This document shows positions 51,107 through 64,000 of a stretch of 64,000 bases of DNA, one piece after another. The notes beneath the pieces are model-generated. The model saw only the letters and a program-made list of their open reading frames with translations, made no database searches and was not told the DNA's origin. Position 1 is the first letter of the stretch. Each line of letters begins with the position of its first letter. A program made the translations under genes and the position numbers. Origin of the DNA: Felis catus (lineage: Eukaryota); the NCBI RefSeq assembly GCF_018350175.1, contig NC_058368.1, positions 218,056,001 through 218,120,000 of the forward strand, read 5' to 3'.

Positions 51107-53689
51107 AAAGACAGAAACTGTTTTAAAGTGGAGAACTACAGTATGATCGTGGATTAAAAATTTTTAAATCATAAAAAGTCAAAGGTCCTTATAAGCATTA
51201 TTCTAAATAAATGGGACATTTTTAATGATGTTATCATTAATTTGTTTTCAGTGTCTATTTATTTTTATTTAATTTTGGCAAGTCCCAAAGAAAGTGACCC
51301 ATCGTATATACCAGCATTTAGTGTTTTCTCTGGAATATAACACCTCTTATAAAGGTCTAAGATTAGATGTGAAGAGATGGTGTTTGCCTAGAAATGTGCT
51401 GGGAGCACATTTGTTCCCAAGAAATGACCTATCGGTTCAATTAAATCCCCCAAATATTCCAGTAGGCATTTTGGAAGAATTTAACACAATGATTTTAAAG
51501 ATGTATGAAAGATAACAGAATGACTTAAACTGAATATGGAACTACTTAGGGCCATAGCGAAAATACTACTGAAGAAAACAAACCTGGGGATTTATACTAC
51601 CATATGATTACAATTCTCATTAAGTGTCAATAATTAAAGCAATGTGATAAATATGTAAGTTTAAATGAAATTGACCATTGGACCTAAAAAGATAGTCCAA
51701 AAATGGAGAGAATTTTTTTTCTTTCATAAATAGCAATTGATGAATTAAACATCTTTATTACAAAAAAAAAGAAATTATGACTTTTATGTTCTCTAAAAAC
51801 AGCAATAATCAATTCCAGATGAATCATATACTTAAAATGTCTTCATGAACTTGGGATAGTCAAATTTTCATTAAGGAAGGGAATAACTTTAAAGGAGAAT
51901 ATTGATAAACTGAACTTCGTTAATGTCCAGAATGTTCATTAAAACACACCATTATAAGACTGTAAAGGCAAGTCACAACAATAGAGGAAGTGTTTGCAAT
52001 AGAGATACTGGCAAAAGGTTTTTATTCATAACATATAAGTCAACTGCTATAAATACTGAAAATGCAAACAACCAAACCAATTAAAAATGGCAGAAAGACT
52101 TGAATGTGTAAAGTAATTTACAAAAGATAATTATCAATCCTAAAATCCTGTGTTTTAATTTTTAAAATCTGCTTTCTTTGACAAATGTTCTGGAGATTGA
52201 ATCCTTTTGTCACTGAAATGGAAAGCAAGCAGTGGGTTCAATGTTTTTGGTAGAGGCTTTTCTCTATCTCAAACTCCGCTCTTATCATGTAGCTTTAAAA
52301 TCAGTAGGAACACAAGAAGTATTTATTGAGTTGAGGTGAAATATTCACTTCTGTATATACTACAATGTTCTAACTACTCCCATTTATATTTGATTTTTTT
52401 TTCACTTTTCACTCGGATTTTCAGTGATTATATACAGAATTGCACTTACATTAGAATTTAATGCAACAGTTGACCACCTTCATAAACTCTTGAATATTCC
52501 TTGGTATTTTTCAAGGTACTTTAATTTATATAAATGTAGATAATAGCCTATATATTTAACTCAAAGACAGATGGAGAATCACGGCTTAATTCTAAAATTA
52601 TATTTCCACTTTGGAAAAAGAAAATTAATTCAAGAAGGTATATCTTAATGAAAAAACTGGGAACATTTTTAAAAATAAATAGCTGATGAATATAGACATT
52701 AATAAAATAATAGGCAAATTACTGTGAATGGTTTAGGAATTAGTGATTCTTCATACCAAATAAATTCAATGTGAAAAGTACATACTTTTCCACATCAATA
52801 ATCATAAGACTCCAAAGTAGGGGGAATGTTTTTGTTTTTGTTTTTTAATGTGATGCTAGCTTTCCGTCATTCCTCCTTTCTGATTTTTACTTTGTTAAGA
52901 GCTTTCTGAAAAAGCTACACATTGCATTAAACTGCCAGTAGGCATAGTTTGAGAAGAGAGATGACGTGTTTGACAGTCAATACAAGTATATCCGATTTTG
53001 GATTATGACATCATGAAACAGGAGATCACCAAAGTAAGTTCCAAACATGAAAATGGCAGAGAGCGCCAAGGAAAGGTAGACTGCCTGCGACAGCCTATGA
53101 AATATGTATTAACAGAGGACTCTTCTATTGAAGATGAAATTTATAAAGAGTCTTTCATTCTCTGCCATAAGAAAACCTCATATATCACTCATCGGAGAGA
53201 AGGAGGAAGAGTTCACTGGAATCGCATAATAAAATGTCAGTACTGGATGGTGATTAAAAACACCATCTAAATTCTATTTGGGCAGGGCACTTGAGAATCC
53301 AGATCAAATAGGCCATGTATCAAGAGAGCAGACTAAATGTCACAATGTTCCACAGTGACAGATTAGATAAGTGCCAGAGAAATATATAGGCCTGAAACAA
53401 GAATTACTAAGCAGACATCTTAAAACATGCTTCATAAGCATTATTCTACATAAGGAGGGACATTTTAAATGGTGGTATTTATCACTAATGTGTTTATAGA
53501 TCTTTTAAATATTACTTAATTTCTGGCATACCTCAAAGAACGCAACCTCTCATATTCCAGCACTCAGTAATTTCCCTTGACTATGATGCTAGAGGCCTGG
53601 CTTAGACTGTGAGAATATGGTGTTTCCCAGAAGTTCGATGCTTTCCATCCTGAAATGCTTTTCATTATCCTACTTTTTCCCTTTTTAAA

Positions 53690-53920
53690 AATTTTTAAAT
53701 TTTTAAATTTAAATTTTTTAAATTTTAAATTTCCCTTTTTAAAAATTTTAATGTTTATTTTTGAGAGAGAAAGAGAGAAAGCAAGTGAGGAGGGGCAGAG
53801 AGAGAGAGGGAGACACAGAATCCGAAGCAGGTTCCAGACTCGGAGCTGTCAGCAGAGAGCCCGATGTGGGACTCAAACCCACAAACCTTGTGTTCATGAC
53901 CCTCTGAGCCAAAATCAAAA
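53690..53920 (-). mobile_element. CanSINE lacking the 5' head end
   Basis: Antisense body ends at CTGAGCCAAAATC; (TTTAAA)n-like tail expansion. Confidence 0.92.
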
Positions 53921-54726
53921 GTAAATAATAATGAACAATAATAAAATACACTAGAGAGCAGTTAATACATTTTCATTTACTGTAAGTCATGGGTTTAAAT
54001 CTACCTCATAAGTATTTATTCCCTTTTATCCTTTCTGAGATTTGTTCATTTCTTTCTTTTTATCACGATTGTGAATTAAAAAATTTTCTTTAAAAAGAAA
54101 AGAAATTGTCTTTTACTGTCACATATTATCCGTTAACATGTTAATTATACATTACTTTTAGCCATGATGGAAGGGATTATATGATGAACCCTTGGCTTGA
54201 ATCTTCAATTACTTCTTTTACCACCTCTCTTCCTGGCTCTTCCAGCCAAGTAACTCAGGAACCATAAAACCATGTACTTATTTACCCCCATCTCACCAAT
54301 AATGCCATCATTGTCATATACCTTAATACAATGTACTTTTTAATCCACCAACACAGCATCATGATTTAACAGTTACTTGTATTTAAGTGCATCCACATAT
54401 CTTATCTTTCCTATGCTTTTCACTACCTTCTGTTGTTCAGCAATTTTATGTGATACACTTTTACTTTTGCCTAAAGAACTTTTTTTAAAATATTTTCTTT
54501 AGGATTGATTTCCTGATGACTATCTTAGATTTTACTGTCTAGCCATGACTCTTTACTGTTATTCATAAAGGATATTTTCATTTGTTACCGAATTCTGGTT
54601 TGGTATTTGTTTTTTAAGTAGGCTAAAAACTTCATTTTATTGTCTTATTACTTAGATCATTTATGTTGAAAAGTAGGATATTACTCTTACTGCTGCTCCA
54701 TTTTTCTATCTTAAATTTTTTTTAAA

Positions 54727-54934
54727 GTTTATTTATTTTTGACAGAGAGAGAGAGAGAGAGACAGAGCATGAGTGGGGGAGGGGCAGAGAGAGAGGGAGA
54801 CACAGAATCCAAAGCAGGCTCCAGGCTCCGAGCTGTCAGCACAGAGCCTGACTTGGGGCTCAAACACACAAACTGTGAGATCATGACCTGAGCCAAAGCC
54901 GGACGCTCAACCGACTGAGCCACCCAGGTGCCCC
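54727..54934 (-). mobile_element. CanSINE inserted in the tail of the next SINE
   Basis: TSD CTTAAATTTTTTT at ~54710 and ~54934. Confidence 0.96.
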
Positions 54935-54948
54935 TTAAATTTTTTTAA

Positions 54949-55140
54949 CACTTATTTATTTTTGAGAGATGGAGGTGGGGGGGTGGTGAGGGGAGGAGAG
55001 AGGAGACACAGAATCCGAAGCAGGCTCCAGGCTCTGAGCTGTCAGCACAGAGCCCAAGGCAGGGCTTGAATTTACAAACGGTGAGATCATGACCGGAGCC
55101 AAAGTCGGTCGCTTAGCCAATTGAGCCACCCAGGTGCCCC
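54949..55140 (-). mobile_element. CanSINE
   Basis: Outer TSD core CTGCTGCTCC at ~54691 and ~55144. Confidence 0.95.
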
Positions 55141-55236
55141 ATGCTGCTGCTCCTTTTACGGTAACATGTCTTGCTTCCTCTGGCTGATACTGATTTTTCT
55201 CTTTACCTAAGTCTTTCAGTAGTAGTATTACTGTGT

Positions 55237-55691
55237 GCGTGGTAGGCTGAAAAATGCTCCAACCATCCAAAATATAATTCACTTTCGAATCTCCAGAACC
55301 TGTAAATATATTCTCTGGCAAGTGAGGAGATTATGTTAAGGATCTTGAGAAAAAGAGTTTATCCTGGATTATCCAGGTGGACCCTAGTGCAATCATAGGA
55401 GAGAGACAGAGGCTGTTTTAACAGAGACACGCAGAACAAAAGACAATGTGCATATGGAGGCAGTGATTGGACTGACACAGCCACAGGCCAAGGAAAGCCA
55501 AGAAATGCGGGAAAGCCACCAAAAGCTGGAAGATGTGAGAAATGGACTCTTCCCACAGCCTCCAGAAAGAGCACACCCCTGCTGGCACAGTGACTTCAGA
55601 CTTTTGCCTCCTAAACTGTGAGACAAAAGGTTTCTGTTATTTTAGGCCACTTGGTTTGTGGTAATTTGTTGTGGAAACCGTCAGTAAAACA
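55237..55691 (+). mobile_element. MaLR solo LTR (MLT1C-like)
   Basis: GTGGTAGGCTGAA..TATCCTGGATTATCCAGGTGGACCCTA..CAGCCACAGGCCAAGGA..GGTTTGTGGTAATTTGTT. Confidence 0.9.
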
Positions 55692-56987
55692 ATGTTTCTA
55701 GACGTGGTTTTCTTGATATTTATACTCTGTGACTTTTTAGAGAATCAGGAAAATGTAGAGTGATCTATTTCAGGAGGTTGGTTTTTTTCACTGTGTTTAG
55801 TTTTTTGTTTTTATTGTTTCTAATACTGTGTCTGTCCCTTACTCTTTCCTTTCCTTCTAGGAATCTAGTTATCACATGTAAGAATATGTCACTGTTTTCG
55901 ACATATTTTTTCATGTCTGTTCTGTGTTTCCCTTCTTTTTCCCTCACTCTGTTTGCCTCCATCTTTATATTTTCTTACTATGTATTTTCTGATGTATTAA
56001 CTCTCTTTTCTTCTAGGCCCTATTTGCAGCTCAACCCACATTTTAAAATCTACATTGCATTATAATACTTTGCATACTACTATTTATATTAGCTTTAAAA
56101 ACTTGATTCCATACCTCTGATGAATATCGTTTTATATTTATTTTTTTAATAATTTGGTTTTACTTTTAAAATCTGGATCTCATAACATCAGTATCTTGAT
56201 AATCTATATAAGGAATTCTGCCCTCTCTTTTCTTTTCCTGAGAATTGTGTCCACTGGTCATGTGTCAAATCATGTTTGATAATTTTTGACTGACTACACA
56301 AATTGTGAATGGGTAAGTACAGAACCTCTGGATGGTGTTATCTTCCACTCATAATGATTTAAGTTGATAGGGAGATAATGAAAACCAGTGGACCAGTGGT
56401 ACATTACTGGGTTGCATCCTAAGGGCCTAAGACATCAAGGGTCTCAAAAGTATTCTAATGACTAGACTGTTGTCTAGGCTTCTTAGAAATCCCCAAGCCT
56501 ACATTTATATCTCCCAAGACTCATGAAGCTTAGAATTTATCCTTTAAGCAGCATGTATTACCTTAGGTTTCCCAACTTTGCAAGGGCAGTGTTGTTTAGC
56601 GTAAATTATCTTATCAAGCGGAAACTGCAACCAGGATAAAAGTCTTACCCTTCTGCAGCTCTGTATTCTTCAGAGACTTATGCCTCATGTTCTAACTTCT
56701 TAGTATCCCTGTATTCTAGATTTTGTTTATCTAGTCCAAGGACTCTGCCACAAGAACTAGTACCCAATTTGGTTTGGTCTCCGTGCCAAATAATGAAAAT
56801 ACAAAATTCGCTGGAAGGAAAAACATGTTTTTCTGTATTTCTGGACTTGGGTCTCTCTTGTCCTGGTTATGGTAATTGTTCTCTGATACCTATAAGCAAC
56901 TGTTTTGTTTTGCCTTTTGTAACTAGTCTCAGCAGGGATTAGCTACTTCATCATAGTCTATAGCAGGATCCTAGAACTGATATTTTA

Positions 56988-57162
56988 TGTTTTTTAAGTT
57001 TATTTATTTATTTTGAGAGAGAGAGTATGCACGCAAGGGAAGAGGCAGAGGGCAAGGGAGAGAGAGCCCTAACAGGGGACTCGATTCCACAAACCACAAG
57101 ATCATGACCTGAACTGAAATCCCGAGTCAGATGCTCAACCAACTGAACCACCCAGGTGCCCT
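56988..57162 (-). mobile_element. CanSINE (older subfamily)
   Basis: TSD CTAGAACTGATATTTTA / CTAGAATTGACATTTTA. Confidence 0.93.
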
Positions 57163-57535
57163 CTAGAATTGACATTTTAAATAGAACAGCTATGGCAATG
57201 TCCTGAATATATGATGAACGTCTGTACATTAAATAAATTGGAATAAAGCATGTTGGGTTAGAGCTATGCTTTTTATGACTAAGTATTATTCCTCTAAATT
57301 AAATTCTCACAAATTTACTGAATGATTACTTTTTGATAAGCCTTGTTGAAAAATCTGTAGCATATCTGGGTAACCTATAGAAAGTGAGACTGAAGTTAAT
57401 TTTTCCTTTGGGGACGGATATATTTTAGCAGCTGTCAACAGGTACTTAACTAGATAAATGATATTGAATAACTGAATCTATGAATGTGAGAGGGGAAATT
57501 TAAGTAATATGTGAAGTATTGGTAGAATATATGAC

Positions 57536-57744
57536 TTTTTTTTAACGTTTATTTATTTTTGAGACAGAGAGAGACAGAGCATGAACAGGGGAGGGTCAGA
57601 GAGAGGGAGACACAGAATCTGAAACAGGCTCCAGGCTCTGAGCTGTCAGCACAGAGCCCGACGCAGGGCTCGAACTCACGGACCACGAGATCACGACCTG
57701 AGCTGAAGTCGGCCACTTAACCGACTGAGCCACCCAGGCTCCCC
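57536..57744 (-). mobile_element. CanSINE
   Basis: Full antisense element, CpG-rich. Confidence 0.96.
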
Positions 57745-59029
57745 AACATTTTAAATTACAAATGTCAAGTAAATTTGTAAGATAATTTTATAAATAATTT
57801 TAAATATAATTATGAATTCATTTCATATATTAGAATAATCACCCTTGGTTTTCTCTTAATGACATAAAAGATGTTTCCACACTCCAAGCCCCTTCTATGT
57901 AATTTCAAGATGTCATAGCCAGTTTCTATTTCTCTTCAGCAGAAAGAATGAAACTTCAACCAACCGATAAATTATTATAAGCCTGTTCCAGATATCGCCA
58001 CTACAGAGGCTCATGAATACGAGGGATTTTATTTGAAACAAAAGGAAATTCTGATTTCATTCACTGGCTAGTGAAATCTTCCAGGGGTGCTCAAAGGCAC
58101 AAGTAAGCAAAATGTTAAATCATGATCTGGATAAGGAGATGACTGGAGGCCTCTGAAGCACAGAAATGGATCCCCCACTGGAGATATTTGGCTGAGACTC
58201 TGACTATAACCACGTGGAAGAACAGTAATGGAATTACAGCTTCTACTAAGTTGAAACCAGAAATGGGGTTATGGGTTTGATGTATTCCACTACTGCTTCT
58301 ACATGAGTCCTTGCCCTCTTCACATATGATCCTAGAAATCAAGAGTTAAATGGCCCTGCATTATAGGTGAAAGTCTCTATCCATACCTAGAACCTTTTCT
58401 ATAAAAGCCTTTGTAACATTTAGCACTTTATTTATTTGCATGTATCAAGATACTTCTATAGTGGTTTAACCAAATAAAAGCTGATTTTTCTCATTGTGTT
58501 CAATAGTTTGTGACTTACTGCTATCATGAAACAAAACTTCTCTGCTCTTCTTAATATAAAATTTTTCTTTTTCGTATTGTAGGGGGGGTTGCTCCACTTT
58601 TAGGTACCATTTTCAAATTCTATCAGGAAAAAGAGTGAAGGGAAAAAGACAAAGGACATGCCCAAGCTAATTCTGTCCCTTTTTATATGGGAACACTGAA
58701 TGTTTTTTAAAGACTAGTACACTTTTCTTACATATCATCAGGCAGAGGTACACATATGGCTAGATGAAGCTACAAGAAATCAGGCTGATAAAGCTAGAAG
58801 TACTCATTTTCTCTTAACCAAATCATTATTCAATTAGTCAACAAGAGAAAAGAATAAATGTGAATCAGGAGTTGGCTGTATCTGCACAACTCTCTCAATA
58901 TAAAGAGCAGTTACCTGTTTTCCATCTCTTACACCTACTTGCCAGGAAAAGCCAGGTCCTCCGATGATTCAGAGGTGATTGCCATCATGGAAACCCATGT
59001 GTACTACCACACAAAATTCTTTATTCTCT

Positions 59030-59430
59030 GGTTTGTGCCTGAGTTATAAAGACCTAAAATACAGTGGTTAAACATGGTACAGCTATAGTTCTTTTCCAGT
59101 TACTCTACCCTGGGTTGATACGGCAGTGCTGGCCCATCAGGATCTCAGGTATCTTATTTCCACCTCATCATTTCTAGCTATGACCTTCACCTTAGTAGTC
59201 CAAGATGGAGCTCATTTCCTCAATGAAGTAGTATAGACCAAGTGTCAGCTTTCTCCTTCAGAAAGTTCCTGCAGACCACTAAAAGGCACGACTGCTCATC
59301 TGCAGTTGAAATTTAGTCACTTGGTATTATCAACTTCAAGCAAGGGTGAGAAATGAAGTCTTGATTATTATTAATATCAGTTAATAAATGAATATTGATG
59401 ATCTGAGGAAACCTAGTCATCTCTCCTACA
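59030..59430 (-). mobile_element. old MaLR (MLT1-type) LTR relic
   Basis: AAAATACAGTGGTTAAAC..GTCCAAGATGG..TTTAGTCAC..GAGAAATGAAGTCTT. Confidence 0.5.
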
Positions 59431-59516
59431 GCCATCATTTAATACAAAACTGATCATTCTTACCAGCTTCTGGAGTAAATGGCACCCGTTAACTTCCAAG
59501 AAGTCTACATCTATGC

Positions 59517-59697
59517 CAGTTTTATTCAAAAAAACTGTTTGTATGACGGAAATGTATGGTGGCCACCAGCCACATCTGGCTATTGAGTACACAGAATGTA
59601 TTTAGAATGGCTGAATAATTTTCTTTACTGAAATCTAGCTCAACTTAAAGTTAAATAGCCACAGGTAGATGGCGGTTATCACACGGGACTATACAGG
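59517..59697. mobile_element. MER3-like hAT DNA transposon
   Basis: GGTGGCCACCAGCCACATCTGGCTATTGAGTAC..TTAAATAGCCACAGGTAG. Confidence 0.8.
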
Positions 59698-61784
59698 TCT
59701 AGATATTGTTCCCAGTAAAGGGGCTAAGTTCCTCAAAAATGAGCCATCATATAGCAATAAAGGTAAATCTTCAAACTATTTTCACTAGAACAATAACAAG
59801 AATAACTTAAGATCCATCAATATATCTTTATATCAATAATTTGCTCTCTACATTTTTGTCATTGTGTTAGTTACACTTTAATGCAATGGAAAACTAAAAA
59901 TTAATGGCTCCATAGGCGGTTGACTCAGTAAATTTTAGCTGAGAACACATGGAAAATGATAGAAAGTTTTGGTTTTATAGCTGTGTGTGTGTGTGTGTGT
60001 GCATGCACACACCTGTGCGTGTGTGTATTTTTTAAGGCAGAGCTTTAACCTAGGTTTTTAGTGAGTAAGAACATGTCCCTAACACTGTCCCACTTTGTCT
60101 TTTACACTGTAAGATCCTTATATAAATCTGCAAAGGTTACTGCAAAGCTATAACTTGCTGAAATGAGCCCTCAGAGTCTTGCTCAGGATCTAGAGCCCAC
60201 AATGAATGATTATTGATGTTTTGAGCAGAAAAGCTGTCAATTAGATGTACAGTTTGCCATAACAGCTCCGGGGTCTAAACCTGAACTCTTCTGTGAATTC
60301 ACTGGATCTACTGAGCAGCTACAGGGCCAAGCACACAACTCTCCATTTGCTTCAGGAGATCCAGATGTTCACCTTATTTGGTTGTGCGCCGGAAATTGGA
60401 TTTTGAGTTTGATGCATTTTTTTTTTTTTGCCTTACAGCATTTTCAGGGTTTTAGCCTAAATGCTTATTTTTAAAAGTCTGTTTATTTTTTTCCTCACTA
60501 TAAAGTAATACATGTTCAATGTAGTAAATTTAGAATGTATGAAAAATATGAACAAAATTATAGTTACTTGTAATTCTACAACACAGTGATAATGACTGTT
60601 ATCATATTTTCTATAAGTTGAGAAAACTTCTATTTTCATTAACTTTGCTTTACTATGTAACATTTTAAAAGCATTTTCTTCCCCCTGTCTCTGTTGCCTC
60701 ATTTATCATTCACACTTCTCAAAGCACTGCCATCTGGCTCCCTTGCTGTCAATCCATTGTAGCTTTTGTTGCCAAGGTCACCAATGGTTTTTTGTCACTA
60801 ATTTGAATGGACACTATTTAGTCTTTATCTAACTTGAATTCTCTCCAATAGTTCAGAATCCTGCCCTGCCACCTAGGAAGTTATAAAAGCTGCTGAGTCA
60901 GACTGCTTCCAAATTATTGCTTAAGCTTTTGGGACTAAACCCAGTTAATTTTCATGCCAAGAATGAATTAGGACTGAGTCTATTTGCCTCATATGCTAGT
61001 TTACCTCAAAATTTCCAAAGGGACAAATATATCTGCTCAATTCTTATAAAGCAGCCATCTGTAGCACTGCATTTTGCTCATTATCTCCCCAGGGCTATCT
61101 TATGTCCCAGAACAGGTCACCCTGGGGAGGCAATATGTCAAATGGTCAACCCCACCCAATACAAGAATGGACACATAACTCAAATCAGTCTTCTTGAATT
61201 TCAATCTTCCAGAGCCGTGGTTACTACAGGGTTGAACCCAGTCATGTGCAGCAGTAATTGGAGACCTCCGGGATCACTGACATAGATGTGATCAATTTTA
61301 AGGACGTAAAGCATAAAAAAACCGAGGCCCATTTTTACATATTAGAAAGAACCTGCTGGAGATTGAAGCCAACACAAAAGAGAGAAAAGTATAAACAAGA
61401 GAAAGCAAAAGACATCTGACAATGCAGTTTGAGGCCTAGAATCTAGCTAGCTCTTGGTATTTTACTTGCAAGAGTGAATAAAATACTGGTCCTGCTCTCT
61501 TTTCTTTCTTTCCTTCCTCCCTTCCTTCCTCCCTCCATTCCTTCCTTCCAAACAAGGTGCTATAGCAAAAGAGCCCTAAACACTGCTCCTAATGCCTTTG
61601 CAAAACTTCATGTGAACCAACTCTCATCTCTCTCCTTTTGCTGCATTTCCTCTCTTCCATCTGGAAATCCTAAGCCATGATTACAAAAATCATTATTTAT
61701 TTTAGATTTTCTATTCCTTTCTTTTCTAAAATCTGCAGTTCATTTGAGAACCCAGAGCTGTCCCAAGTTGCTTACTTTGGCCAG

Positions 61785-61920
61785 TGTTGGAATCACCAAG
61801 ATGGTTTGTTAAAACACAGATTGCTTGGCTCCACCCCCGAGTTTCTGCTTATTTGTTCTAGGGTGACACCCAAGAATTTACACTTATTATTATTGCTGCT
61901 GAAATTGTGACCACAGTTTT
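61785..61920. mobile_element. MER5A-like hAT relic
   Basis: GAATCACC..TTGTTAAAACACAGATTGCT.GGCTCCACCCCCGAGTTTCTG..CCAAGAATTT. Confidence 0.75.
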
Positions 61921-62950
61921 ACTTGTTATTAGGACAGAGTCAGGACTTCCACATTCCTTGTATGCCAAGCCAGAACCCTAAAGTCTAAGTCAGACTTTAT
62001 CAGATTTGTGTGAAGGTTTGCCAACAATTTTCTCTTCTCTGAAGGTATGCTGAAGAAATTACCACAAATAGAAAAAAATTTCATAGATACAACAGCCTTT
62101 GTAAAACTAAGAAAGTAATAATAATATGAACATAAAAAGTTAAGCAATCATATTTAAACCAAAGAATAAAGCAAGTAAAATAAAATTTTTATTTTGTCAG
62201 TCATTGGAAAACATATTCACATACTAATAAAACAAACTGGTAATATGATTAAACTGTACTAGCAATATATGCCTGCAAAAATAACATTTAAAATACTAAC
62301 CATTCTTTGGGTTTTGTGACTAGGGTGTTTATAAATGTAAAATACTTGTATAATTTCCAAATTTTCTATAGTAAGCCTTTTGCTCTTACAATGAAGATTA
62401 TTTCTTTACATGTTAGGAAAGAGTTAAATAGTAGGTATGACTGCTCACTACTTGCATATCTCCAAGAGAACTTTGAATCTTGACTGGCCCTTGGCCAACA
62501 CCTGGGAATGTGGCCCTTAGAAGGTTCTTAATGTTAGTGATTGATGATTTTGTTATTTAATTAGAACAATGTACCATCCTGTACCAGTGTCTCAGGCTTT
62601 CTTTGCACAAAATTCAAGATTGATGATGTGTAATTTGGTTGTTGGGGGTCCTGACTTTCTGTTGCTATGGCTGGGAGTATAAAACGATGTGGCTATGTGA
62701 CCTGCCCTTCATAAATCCCCAGATTCTTAGACTTAACTAAGTTTCTATAGGCAGAGACATTCCACACATATTCTTGTAGTAAGCTTCTAGAAAGAAAGAA
62801 AGTTCTGTGTAGCCTTTGGTAAGGAAGTTGGAAACCTGTGTCTTCTTTCTGGACTCCATCCAATCTGCATTTGTTTTGTTGATTTTGTTGTGTATCTGTG
62901 GCTTTAATAAACCTTGGCCATGAGTATAATTTACTATTATATAGAATCAT

Positions 62951-63058
62951 GGGGCACATGGGTGGCTCAGTCAGTTAAGCATCCAACTCTTGATTTCAGT
63001 TCAGGTCATGATCTCATGGTCTGTGGGATGGAGGCTGTTTGGAATTCTAAGAAAACAT
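62951..63058 (+). mobile_element. partial CanSINE
   Basis: GGGGCACATGGGTGGCTCAGTCAGTTAAGCATCC head; body deleted. Confidence 0.85.
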
Positions 63059-63130
63059 GAAGGAAGGAAGGAAGGAAGGAAGGAAGGAAGGAAGGAAGGA
63101 AGGAAGGAAGGAAGGAAGGAAGGAAGGAAG
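63059..63130. repeat. (GAAG)18 microsatellite
   Basis: Direct reading. Confidence 0.98.
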
Positions 63131-63200
63131 AATTTTTTGTGTTCTTCCAGTAAATCATCAAATTTGAGGTGGTCATTCAACCTCCAAACAATATATATGT

Positions 63201-63231
<31 letters not shown>

Positions 63232-63374
63232 TGAACACAGCAAATGACTTTCTAATAATTTATTCTCTATCTATCACAGGCAAATTAAATGCTTTATTAG
63301 AAATAAAAAGGGCAAAGTATGCAAGTTACTATACAATTTAATCAGCCATACCTCTAAGTTCCCTGAAAATTTTC

Positions 63375-63560
63375 ATTCATTTATGCACGTATTTGTTCAT
63401 TTATTTAACAAATATTTTTGTTAATTATTGTTAAATAAATATATTCTATTCTATGTGTTTGGTATATAATAACAAAATAGTACTGTCTTTTATGGTTCTC
63501 ATTTTCAAAAGATTAAGATACATACACAGAACACTGCAATGCAAAGTTAAAAGTTATATC
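63375..63560 (-). mobile_element. L2 3' end relic
   Basis: ATTCATTTAT..TTTAACAAATATTT..AACAAAATAG. Confidence 0.55.
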
Positions 63561-63599
63561 ATAAAGGAAATTCTTATCATCTTCATTATTGTTAGTGCT

Positions 63600-63850
63600 A
63601 GTTTATGTACAGTAAGCAGTTACTCTGTGCCAGTCTTTTTTAGCCCTAAGCCTTACTACATGATATTTCAATTACAGTCATAATAATTTCTATGATGATA
63701 TCCAATTATGATTCAAATTTTACAGATGCAGAACCCAATCACTATAAGATTGATTTGCAAAACATCACAAGGCCAGTAATCTGAGTACTGTGATTTGAAC
63801 CCAGACAGCTTATTCTGATCCCAGAACTTCATTCTTCACCTATATCAATA
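63600..63850 (-). mobile_element. MIR
   Basis: ATTTTACAGATG.AGAA..TTTGC..CATCACA..GATTTGAACCCAGACAG core. Confidence 0.8.
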
Positions 63851-64000
63851 CCACAAGTTGTTTCAGAAATGTAGAGAGGCTTTGACAGGGCTAGCTGGAA
63901 AAAACAAATCATAGATGAATTAACCTGTACACATGCAAAAAACCCAAAGTGTGACTAGAGAAAATTTTATAACAAGCATTGGGGTTTACAGGAAGGTAGA

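Larger units (their letters stand above)
45100..52130 (+). mobile_element. patchwork of old L1 (L1M) fragments including the ORF2 endonuclease region (~47000-48120) and 3' ends
   Basis: A-rich sense L1 motifs (ATAATTGATAGAA, GGATATAGAAGACTTT, TTCTCTGACCACTATGCAATTAAATTAGAAATCAATAA, GGGAAATGCAAAT, CCATCAATAGGTGAATG); interrupted by SINEs. Confidence 0.82.
53950..56960 (-). mobile_element. old antisense L1 fragments
   Basis: T-rich degraded L1M-like sequence (AAGGATATTTTC..GAATTCTGGTTTGG); interrupted by SINEs and an LTR. Confidence 0.55.
62411..63190 (+). mobile_element. ERVL solo LTR (MER77/MER68/MER21 group)
   Basis: TGTTAGGAAAGAGTTAA..GGCCCTTGGCC..TATGTGACC..AATAAACCTTGGCCATGAGTATAA..AAACA; interrupted by a SINE fragment. 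Confidence 0.78.

Noticed and set aside
57994..58012. CTCF-like CGCCACTACAGAGGCTC
   Set aside because: Mismatches and wrong spacing in the core of the CTCF consensus.
1..64000. A novel multi-gene system (defence island, CRISPR, operon)
   Set aside because: This is felid nuclear DNA; there are no long ORFs, no repeat-spacer array and no compositionally foreign block.

Overview
This is AT-rich, repeat-dense mammalian nuclear DNA from a felid, judged by the feliform CanSINE/SINEC_Fc-type elements and carnivore L1 3' ends. I found no intact, recognisable protein-coding gene and no rRNA, tRNA or CRISPR element. It contains about 23 CanSINEs, several L1 pieces (including a ~3.2 kb antisense ORF2 fragment), many MaLR/ERV solo LTRs, L2/MIR/MER DNA-transposon relics and a decayed processed pseudogene of RPS3 (28827-29643). 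There are three decayed class III (ERV-L-like) proviral remnants; two sit back-to-back across 30.6-42.6 kb with readable gag/PR/RT/IN/dUTPase motifs. The most notable structures are an L1 3' transduction inside a four-level nested insertion (35.3-36.3 kb), two dispersed local duplications, several templated or fold-back micro-insertions, and a ~7 kb repeat-poor island (18.6-25.6 kb) with candidate exons and enhancer-like motif clusters in and near it. I cannot support a claim of a novel biological system. Repeat family names were assigned from memory of consensus sequences and need RepeatMasker/Dfam confirmation.
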